From contig JAFYDF010000017.1 in NCBI GenBank assembly GCA_017544935.1, forward strand, positions 12,782 to 76,781: a DNA stretch of 64,000 nt, written 5' to 3'. The notes beneath the pieces are model-generated. The model had not been told where the DNA came from. It saw nothing but the letters and a program-made list of their open reading frames with translations, and did no database searches. Positions within the stretch are counted from its first letter, which is position 1. Each line of letters opens with the position of its first letter. Of this stretch, positions 9,873-17,659 are shown piece by piece. The stretch is from Clostridia bacterium (lineage in GTDB: Bacteria > Bacillota > Clostridia > Christensenellales > Aristaeellaceae). Made by a program: the position numbers and the translations under genes.

Positions 9873-9909
9873 GGGGGATATGCATGTCCCCCCGAACATT
9901 TTTATTTTT
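9873..9909 (+). terminator. Terminator-like hairpin after the interrupted ORF
   Basis: GGGGGAtatgcatgTCCCCC followed, after 6 nt, by TTTTTATTTTT. Confidence 0.4.
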
Positions 9910-10048
9910 GGTCATTGATAGGATTGGATAACGAAGACATATCGAGGTTTGGTTGGGTGCGCGGCAAATGCTGAACCGTTTCTTTTTTGTTTCAAGTCAA
10001 ATTTTCGTATTTTCTTCCGTCTATATAAATAGGGAGGTGAAGTCTGTG

Positions 10049-10567
10049 ATGGGAATCCAGGGCCCGGATTCTGAGAATCGGGAAAGACTTACTTTCTTAA
10101 TTCGTCGTTACGAGAAGGATATTCTAAGAATCTGCTATCTCTATTTGCGTGATGTCGAACAAGCTAAAGATGCCACGCAGGAGACATTCTTGAAAGCCTA
10201 TATACATTTCGACAGCTTAAAAGATGTATCAAAAGAAAAATACTGGCTAACAAAAATCGCTGTGAATATCTGCCGGGATTTTCTTCGATCCTCGTGGGCT
10301 GTTCACATCAACAGGTATACTCAACCAGAAGACCTGCGGGTTGTAGCAGAACAACCGGATGAAACAAAAATCGTACTGACAACAGCTATCATGAATTTGC
10401 CGCAAAAGTATATGGAAGCTGTGACTCTACGGTATGTACAGGGTTATGATATCGCAGAGACGGCAGAAATTCTGGGAATAACACCTTCAGCGGTATCGAG
10501 GAGATGCAGAAAAGCATGCATAATTCTGAAAAATGAATTGGAAGGGAGTGAAGATTACAATGAATGA
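10049..10567 (+). CDS. ECF-type RNA polymerase sigma-70 family factor (module 2)
   Basis: RBS AGGGAGGTGA, with GTG at 10046 and ATG at 10049. Regions 2 and 4 only (AKDATQETFLKAY, WLTKIAVNICRD, AETAEILGITPSAVSRRCRKA). Confidence 0.85.
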   Translation: MGIQGPDSENRERLTFLIRRYEKDILRICYLYLRDVEQAKDATQETFLKAYIHFDSLKDVSKEKYWLTKIAVNICRDFLRSSWAVHINRYTQPEDLRVVAEQPDETKIVLTTAIMNLPQKYMEAVTLRYVQGYDIAETAEILGITPSAVSRRCRKACIILKNELEGSEDYNE

Positions 10568-12194
10568 GCACAAAACACAGGAAATCATTCATAGTGCGGT
10601 TCTAGATAGCCTGGTGTGGCTGGATAAATCTCCTTCTCAGGAAAATGAAATACTGAAAAAGACAGAAAAGGAGATTTTGCCTTTGATGACTGCAAGTCAC
10701 AGTGCTGATGGCGTTACGATTGGTTTGTCGAGTGGCGCTTCTGTAAATCGGCCTGGTTTTCATTGGCTGAAACCCTCTCTGATCTTCTGTACTGTAATGA
10801 TTCTCGTAGTAGAAATCTGGGCAGTTTATCAAAATGTATATTTGAACCAGTTCAGATTGCTTGATGTTGTATCTCAACCGGATAAAAACAATTCAACGCC
10901 TGAACCTTTTCTGGCAGCAGCTGCTGTTCAAAACAAACAGAATGAACATAATCAACCGTTGGATCGGATAGACATTTACGCTGACCAAGATGCTCTGTGG
11001 AATGAAGAGACGGGGATTTTAACTGAGGGGGAAAAGATAGAAAAAATACCTGGGTCAGTTCCTTTTAAAAACGCTGTATACCGTAATGCCTACAACAATG
11101 GTACCAGTGCTGAAGGTGAAATGATTTATCAAAGCGACTTAGGTGCTGTACTGTTTAAAGACAAGATCAGTCTGAGATTAGGAGGGGACTATTTCTCTGT
11201 GGATATGCCTCAGAAAAGTTTTCAGATTGATGCTCTGGACGGTGCTTTCGATTATCGGATCTTTGATGATCGTTCAACTGATTCTTACCCATCACTTCTT
11301 CTTCGAAATTCAGGGGGTGATTGCCTGTATACACGGGTGGCGGACGGAGTACAGCAACGCCTGATTGAGAAATATACGGATACAAATCTGCTGACCCTGG
11401 CATGGAGACCGGCTGAAGTTTACCTGAATGGCGAATACTGGGGAATCTATAATATACGGGAGAGTTTAGATGCCCATACGATATGCCGGTACGAACAGAT
11501 TTCCGATGATATAGCGGACAGTATTACGATCCTGCAGATCAGTGGCTTTGCGGAGCAGGGCAATGCTTCTGAATTTAAAACAATGCAAACAAAAATAAAA
11601 AACAGCATTCCGGCAGAAAACACGGATGATCTGACATATTTGGAGCAGGAAATTGATATCGATAGTTTTCTTGACTGGCTTGCTGTCGAAATATACTTTG
11701 GGAATTCTGATTATGGAACGGGCAGGTTTTATAAGGTGCCGGGCGGGAAATGGAAATGCCTGATTCAAAATCTGGACTATGGCTTGTTCCTATCAGACTA
11801 TAATGCTGTATCAAACTATCTGAAAAATGAAAAAACAGACAACATTATCTTTAGAAAGATACTTGAAGTTGATCAATATAGAAAGCTGTTCCTGACCAAA
11901 CTGGGGAAACTGTATAAGGCATTGACCACGGAAGTCATGCAGAATGAATTGGATGCATGTGTGGCATGGATTGAACCGGGTATGAAGGCGCATTTGGAAC
12001 GTTGGGCTCCTTACAATGATGGAACCATTGTTTTAGACGCTCCATCCGATCCGGAGAAAGCGTGGGACTATTGGAAACAGAGAATTGACAGAATGAGAAA
12101 TGGCACGATGGTTAAAAGACCTTGGAATGTTTATCTTCATACGCAGGAATTCTTTGGATTAACAAACCAGGAAATGGCTGAATACTTCCAATAA
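10560..12194 (+). CDS. Membrane-anchored CotH kinase-fold protein, candidate cognate anti-sigma
   Basis: The ATG at 10560 overlaps the sigma stop (10565-10567) by 8 nt. About 71 aa of cytoplasmic N-terminus, one TM (LIFCTVMILVVEIWAVY), then CotH-type blocks SLLLRNSGGDCLYTRVADG and EVYLNGEYWGIYNIRESLD. Confidence 0.8.
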   Translation: MNEHKTQEIIHSAVLDSLVWLDKSPSQENEILKKTEKEILPLMTASHSADGVTIGLSSGASVNRPGFHWLKPSLIFCTVMILVVEIWAVYQNVYLNQFRLLDVVSQPDKNNSTPEPFLAAAAVQNKQNEHNQPLDRIDIYADQDALWNEETGILTEGEKIEKIPGSVPFKNAVYRNAYNNGTSAEGEMIYQSDLGAVLFKDKISLRLGGDYFSVDMPQKSFQIDALDGAFDYRIFDDRSTDSYPSLLLRNSGGDCLYTRVADGVQQRLIEKYTDTNLLTLAWRPAEVYLNGEYWGIYNIRESLDAHTICRYEQISDDIADSITILQISGFAEQGNASEFKTMQTKIKNSIPAENTDDLTYLEQEIDIDSFLDWLAVEIYFGNSDYGTGRFYKVPGGKWKCLIQNLDYGLFLSDYNAVSNYLKNEKTDNIIFRKILEVDQYRKLFLTKLGKLYKALTTEVMQNELDACVAWIEPGMKAHLERWAPYNDGTIVLDAPSDPEKAWDYWKQRIDRMRNGTMVKRPWNVYLHTQEFFGLTNQEMAEYFQ

Positions 12195-12476
12195 AACAGT
12201 TAGTTATTGATATCCTGTTTATGCTCTGCCTTGTGCTTTTTATGATGCTTCAGTAGTATATAGTATGACGTCATGTTTTCATGACAGAACGCCGCTGGCA
12301 TTCTTCTGTTGATGAACACCAGCGGCGAATTCTATGTCTCCAAGGCTAGGGGATATGCTGTGATTAGGGTTAGAGACTGATATCAGCTTTTTACTATTCC
12401 GGAAAGGAGTCGATTAAGGCTCCAGGATAATTGCAATACTTCAACATAATAAATGTCACCTATACAGACAGCATTT

Positions 12477-14258
12477 TTATATGCTTTCTTTTCTGTTCTG
12501 TGTATACAGATTCGCTTGCATCTCAAATAGTGCGCTGTACTTTCCGTTTAGATGCATTAGCTCATTATGTGTCCCGCTTTCCGCTATACTTCCTTTTTCC
12601 AGCATAAGAATGCGATCACAAAACAAACAACTTGCCAAACGATGAGAAATATATAAAGCGCTTTTTTTACCAATCATTTTATCAAAGCTAGTATACATAT
12701 TCACTTCTACCTTTGGATCGAGAGCTGAGGATGGTTCATCCAAAATAATAATTGGTGCATCTTTATATAATGCACGTGCTAAAGCAATTTGCTGCGCCTG
12801 TCCGCCTGATGGCTCGAAACCATAATTATCAAATTGCTTATGTATCGATGTGTCAAGCCCGTTTGGCATTTTCTCTACAAAGAATTCAATTCCACTCTTA
12901 GTGATTGCCTGCCGCATCTTTTCTTCATCATACTCTTGACCAGCTACAATATTATCGCGAAGAGAGAAGGCAAATAAAGCGAAATCCTGAAATACTGTTG
13001 AGAACAGTTTCACGTATTCTTCATATGCTATTGTTTGAATATCCACACCATTTAAAGTAATTGTACCGGAAGTAGGCGCATACATTCTGGTAAGCAATTT
13101 CACAATTGTGGTTTTTCCCGAACCGTTTTCTCCCACAAGGGAGAGCCTTTCACCGGCATGCCAAACAAAACTTACATGGTTGATTACCATTGTTTCTTGG
13201 CCTGGATAATGAAAACATATATCGTTTACAGAAATCGTATATTCATTTGTATTTGGAATGGCTTCTTTTCCGATGTTCCTAACATCGTCACCAATATCTA
13301 GGAATGTACTTGCAGCATCATAATATGGTTTAAATTGTCTAATATCAATGATTCGTTTCATAACATCGCGCATTGAATGTGTAAAAGATGCAACTGCAGA
13401 AGTATACATCGTAAAGCTACCGATGCCAATGCTGCCATTTAATACCAAATGAAGAAGGTAAGTATATGAAACTATTTGTTGCAAAGCGGATGTACTGCTT
13501 CGCACCGCAGACGCAATAGTTCTGTAGTTCGACGATGTAATATATGTGGACAGCATCTCTTTATGATGCTTTTTTTCCTTTTGAAGTAACCATGGAGCTA
13601 AATTACCAATTCTGATTTCTTTAGCATATGTGGGCGAAGTAAACATATTTGTCAAATAGTTTTCTCGCCTTTCAACACTAGATAATGCTAAATATAACTT
13701 ATTACACTTTTTTTCTGACCAGTCTTCTGCTGCTGAACATAAAAGAACTAGAAAGACAAAACAGATTAAGACCAAAGGGCTGAGGGACAGAATTATTGCT
13801 GCAATGCCAATAAAAGATATGCATCTGCATATAATAATTGCAGCTGAATCGAGCACATATCCAAAACCATGCATATTCCCATAAATAAAGTGCTCTGCTT
13901 TCTGTTTAAGATCTAAATAGTCAGCCGATTCAATTCTTTTGTATGGAGCATAGCTAAGCTTTTCAGCAATTTCTTCGTTAAAAGCATTATTAACAGCAAT
14001 ACGACATGCAAAGCTTACATTTTTCATCCAATCCGAGAAGAAAGAACAGAGTAGATTGAATACAACAATGATTCCTACCCATATAAGCAATGAATTAAGA
14101 CGGCATTTTCCAATCAATTCATCGAAAAGAAACTTAGGCAAAATTATATTTCCTAAAGATTGAATTGCAGACAGCAAATTGCCACCAAAGAGCATCATAA
14201 TATACCGTTTGCTAGATTTCCAACAGAATTTCGCAAAGAATAGCAGTCCTTTAAACAT
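12477..14258 (-). CDS. ABC exporter, fused permease + ATP-binding domains (type I exporter half-transporter)
   Basis: 593 aa with an N-terminal 6-TM region. Walker A GENGSGKTT, signature PSGGQAQQIALARAL, Walker B IIILDEPSSALD, H-loop ISHRL. RBS GAAGGTGAT. Markedly AT-rich relative to its neighbours. Confidence 0.9.
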   Translation of the reverse strand: MFKGLLFFAKFCWKSSKRYIMMLFGGNLLSAIQSLGNIILPKFLFDELIGKCRLNSLLIWVGIIVVFNLLCSFFSDWMKNVSFACRIAVNNAFNEEIAEKLSYAPYKRIESADYLDLKQKAEHFIYGNMHGFGYVLDSAAIIICRCISFIGIAAIILSLSPLVLICFVFLVLLCSAAEDWSEKKCNKLYLALSSVERRENYLTNMFTSPTYAKEIRIGNLAPWLLQKEKKHHKEMLSTYITSSNYRTIASAVRSSTSALQQIVSYTYLLHLVLNGSIGIGSFTMYTSAVASFTHSMRDVMKRIIDIRQFKPYYDAASTFLDIGDDVRNIGKEAIPNTNEYTISVNDICFHYPGQETMVINHVSFVWHAGERLSLVGENGSGKTTIVKLLTRMYAPTSGTITLNGVDIQTIAYEEYVKLFSTVFQDFALFAFSLRDNIVAGQEYDEEKMRQAITKSGIEFFVEKMPNGLDTSIHKQFDNYGFEPSGGQAQQIALARALYKDAPIIILDEPSSALDPKVEVNMYTSFDKMIGKKSALYISHRLASCLFCDRILMLEKGSIAESGTHNELMHLNGKYSALFEMQANLYTQNRKESI

Positions 14259-14420
14259 TATAGATCACCTTCTTTCTTGACCAAAGTATTGCATGTTCTG
14301 CACTTCATTTATTAATTGAAATATTAAACAATTTACTTCGATCTGTTTGAACTTTCTGATATGTGGATTATGTTACTTTGTGTGAATGGATAATAAAACA
14401 GGTATAGTTTTGCCTAGATA

Positions 14421-14708
14421 TTAGAGATCTGAATACAGACTCTTTTGCTTTTTGCGGTCCGGATCGATATACTGCAGTTCCATTTTATCGAAATAAACAG
14501 ATTCTACAAAATGTTCGGGCAGAAAAGTAGTCAGGCCGAAATTTTCCCAGTCACGTTCATGACGGGGGATGATCACCGGGCGGCTGACATCAAGCGCATG
14601 GCAGATCTCGTCCAGTGCCTCCTGCCACGTTTCATAAGTGCAGGGCGCTGTGCGGCTTTCTATGATCTTGTTCTTTTTGATGATGCGAACCCACAGTTGA
14701 CCGGCCAT
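14421..14708 (-). CDS. Hypothetical 95-aa protein
   Basis: AGGAGG RBS. Last gene of the ABC-F/CotH/HAD co-directional string. No family recognised. Confidence 0.6.
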   Translation of the reverse strand: MAGQLWVRIIKKNKIIESRTAPCTYETWQEALDEICHALDVSRPVIIPRHERDWENFGLTTFLPEHFVESVYFDKMELQYIDPDRKKQKSLYSDL

Positions 14709-14739
14709 AAGCGCCTCCTGATTAAGCTTTGCTTCTCAT

Positions 14740-15627
14740 TCAGTCATCTTGCTGTATGGGGCTTGTTCCCAGCATACGGTAAGCCTCATCCAGCTGGCGC
14801 CGTGAAAGGGCGATATTGCGGCTTTCTGCGGCTACACTGTCAAAAATGCCGAAAACGATATTCTCCATTTCACTGTCAGCACGATAATCGGTAGGAGCAA
14901 CAAAGTGTACTCGCCCGTGAATCAGCATATCATTGACAGTAGCATTGCGAGGACCGCTGTAAACAGCAATGGAATGTCCACCACGCGATCCCACGAGCTT
15001 CATACAGGGCACATCAGTTGTTCCGTCACCGATATAGATCATGTTAGTGAAGGGAACACGGCGCATATCATGTGGGGTATGTTCATTGAGCCGATCATTT
15101 TCCGTTACGTCAAGAATACCTTTGTTTATGCGATATATATACTGCGTTTTGTTGGTGTAATTGACTGCCATTGCCGGCCATTCCGGGGCACCGGTTTCTT
15201 CATTGTACACGAATTCAGCCGCATAGATCATTTTGAATTGATTTGCGATGGGTGTACCTTCTATGATTTCCTTCAGCCCGGATGAGAGTACATAATGTTC
15301 GACTCGAAAACCGAGTTTTGCACCATAGGCATTGACACGTGAAAACCAGTCATTAATACCCTGAAAAAGCGCAACCTCAGCACCCTGCTGACGGAAAGTT
15401 TCACGGCTCAGGGGCATTTTGCGGCGTTGCGCTTCCATGATCATTACATACATGTATGCAAGGATAGGATCCATACGATGCTTTTTTCCCGTATGCTGGC
15501 ACAGATCCCAGAAATCTTTGCTTTCCATACCAAGCTCGGGAATAAATGCATACTCCTGCATATCGCGTGGGGAGAGTGTATGATCGAAATCATACATCAA
15601 GGCTAGAATAGGAGTTTCGTTTTTCAT
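14740..15627 (-). CDS. HAD-superfamily hydrolase
   Basis: Motif I MYDFDHTL (DxDxT) and motif IV IYIGDGTTDVPCM. RBS GAGGAA. The start lies 12 nt after the CotH stop. Confidence 0.75.
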   Translation of the reverse strand: MKNETPILALMYDFDHTLSPRDMQEYAFIPELGMESKDFWDLCQHTGKKHRMDPILAYMYVMIMEAQRRKMPLSRETFRQQGAEVALFQGINDWFSRVNAYGAKLGFRVEHYVLSSGLKEIIEGTPIANQFKMIYAAEFVYNEETGAPEWPAMAVNYTNKTQYIYRINKGILDVTENDRLNEHTPHDMRRVPFTNMIYIGDGTTDVPCMKLVGSRGGHSIAVYSGPRNATVNDMLIHGRVHFVAPTDYRADSEMENIVFGIFDSVAAESRNIALSRRQLDEAYRMLGTSPIQQDD

Positions 15628-15639
15628 GCTTATTCCTCA

Positions 15640-17631
15640 TTACGGTTTGGCGTTATAAACAGCCAGGAGTTCTAGCGCATGCCCAAAGTACTCCTGCTTG
15701 GCTGTATTACTCACACCCAGTTTGGAGCAAATGGCATTAATGACTTTCTTAGGATAAGTACGTGCGCGGGTCATGGAGGCGTTTACATTGGTGCGCCAGA
15801 TGGAAACGGAGAAGTTGCTGAAAGGAAATGTCTTGATTTGCCTTGGCATTAACGCAGAGAGTGTATCATACCATTTCTGGTAGATTGGTCTTACTTGTGT
15901 GGAATAGAGAAAATTGCTTTCAACGATTTCTGCTGTCCGGCGAAGGAACAAGTCTTTGTATTCCGGAAGCTCCAAGAGAGCTGCAAGAATGGTATGCGGA
16001 TACTGACCGACATTCGATGTGCGGTTGCGAAGGATCAGCTTAACAGTCTTGGTCTCGTCTCCATTCATTGCACCGGCTTCGATATCATGAAGCATGAATT
16101 TCCATTTTCCGCCAGGGAATCTGTAATAGCGGACATTTCCTGCGTCGTAATTGTTGATCATCATGCTGAAGATCGCGTAATTATACAGGCTGTCCACATC
16201 AACACGATCGAGCACATACTGCAGGTTCTCTTCGGTATTCAGCTTATGTGTACGGCAGAAATTAATCAGTTCTACCCAATCCTCATTACTGCCCTTAAGC
16301 ACCTGCGTTTTATTTATTCCACTACCTTCGAGAATATCAATGCTCTTTATGATTTTCTCGTCAGTAATGCCTTCCCATTGGGCCAGCGAATCCTTGTTGG
16401 CTTTTTCGCGCAGATTATAATGACCGTAATACTTGCCGTTGATATACAGAATGATGGGACGCCCTGCCTGATAATAAAGGCCAAGTCCTTCGCTCATTTC
16501 GCTGAGAACGGCATCGCGCATGCGGCAACTGTGGTTATCCGAATTGGTCATTCGCAGCTGAATGGCTGAGTAACCTTCATAATCACGGTTTTCAAAGAAA
16601 TCACAGTTAAAGGTATCGCTGCCCAGCGCGCTGCGGGCGAACACGGAAAGTGACTTCTGCTTTTGAGAACGGGATGAATGACCTGCAACACGGGTCGTAG
16701 CCATCTGAACCAGCTGCCTTACGCCGTTCTCATCAAAATATTCGATCTGGCAAGGATATTCCCAGTTCTGGTTATAGTTTGCAATCTTGCCGCTGCCTTT
16801 TACCAGGATGCCGGATTTATTGCTGAAGAAATAATCATTGTCTGTGTAAATAGAAACAACAGATACGGGGATAGGCGTGGGATCATTGATCCAGTATGTA
16901 CTACCAGTTACAGTCGATCCAAGCAATGATTCTGAAAACGCACGGGCACGTACAACAGTAGTTTTTGTCAGCGTGATAGCACCTTCAAACAGAGGAGACT
17001 CACGGGTAGGTGTACTGCAGTCTGTTGTATAGCGGATCTCCAGTCCTTCTGCACAACTCATAGTAACTGTGACCGTATTGGAATAGAAACCGGGTTCAGT
17101 CAGAATAACGGGCTCTTCCGCACGGTCATCGAAATATAAGCTGTTATTAGCTTTACCCGGGGTAGAAGTCTCAAAGAAATGCCATCCGTTTCCATCCGCA
17201 GGCACACCTGATGAAACGTTACCGTACTGAGCACCAAATGTTACTTGGGTTGTGTTCCCTTCCTGATCGGTGAGGCAAATCGTATCGCCACTGGAAGAAA
17301 GCTTGAAATTGGTATACAAGGCGTTTTTCTGACCATCTGTTACGGGATCACCGGCACAGTATACGATCAGATATCCACCTTTTGCGATTTTCGCGTTGTC
17401 TGGAAAAGCCCAGCGAGTTGGATTATAGGGATCGTCACTCAGATACCACCCCTTGAGTGATACCTGGGTATCACTGTCATTGTACAGTTCAACCCAGTCA
17501 TCATGCCTGCCATCAATGAATACGGCATTACTGGCCATTACTTCATTGATCCTGACTTCGGCACTGGCGTAAATGCATATAATGCACAGCACCGTGATTG
17601 TGAGAATTAATATCCAAAGTTTGTTTTTCAT
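15640..17631 (-). CDS. Secreted LTD (lamin-tail-domain) + CotH kinase-fold protein
   Basis: Signal peptide MKNKLWILILTITVLCIICIYASA. LTD-like INEVMASN…DDWVELYNDSDTQVSLKGWYLSDD. CotH blocks IQLRMTNSDNHSCRMRDAV and ILYINGKYYGHYNLREKANKD. RBS GGAAGGAA before the ATG at 17631. Confidence 0.85.
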   Translation of the reverse strand: MKNKLWILILTITVLCIICIYASAEVRINEVMASNAVFIDGRHDDWVELYNDSDTQVSLKGWYLSDDPYNPTRWAFPDNAKIAKGGYLIVYCAGDPVTDGQKNALYTNFKLSSSGDTICLTDQEGNTTQVTFGAQYGNVSSGVPADGNGWHFFETSTPGKANNSLYFDDRAEEPVILTEPGFYSNTVTVTMSCAEGLEIRYTTDCSTPTRESPLFEGAITLTKTTVVRARAFSESLLGSTVTGSTYWINDPTPIPVSVVSIYTDNDYFFSNKSGILVKGSGKIANYNQNWEYPCQIEYFDENGVRQLVQMATTRVAGHSSRSQKQKSLSVFARSALGSDTFNCDFFENRDYEGYSAIQLRMTNSDNHSCRMRDAVLSEMSEGLGLYYQAGRPIILYINGKYYGHYNLREKANKDSLAQWEGITDEKIIKSIDILEGSGINKTQVLKGSNEDWVELINFCRTHKLNTEENLQYVLDRVDVDSLYNYAIFSMMINNYDAGNVRYYRFPGGKWKFMLHDIEAGAMNGDETKTVKLILRNRTSNVGQYPHTILAALLELPEYKDLFLRRTAEIVESNFLYSTQVRPIYQKWYDTLSALMPRQIKTFPFSNFSVSIWRTNVNASMTRARTYPKKVINAICSKLGVSNTAKQEYFGHALELLAVYNAKP

Positions 17632-17659
17632 AGAAAATTCCTTCCGTGCGGCAGTGCTT

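Noticed and set aside
12265-12327. ATGACGTCAT palindrome and a 9-bp-stem hairpin (CGCCGCTGG…CCAGCGGCG) downstream of the CotH gene.
   Set aside because: The hairpin has a 20-nt loop and no T-run, so it is not a convincing terminator. The palindrome is a single occurrence with no supporting context.
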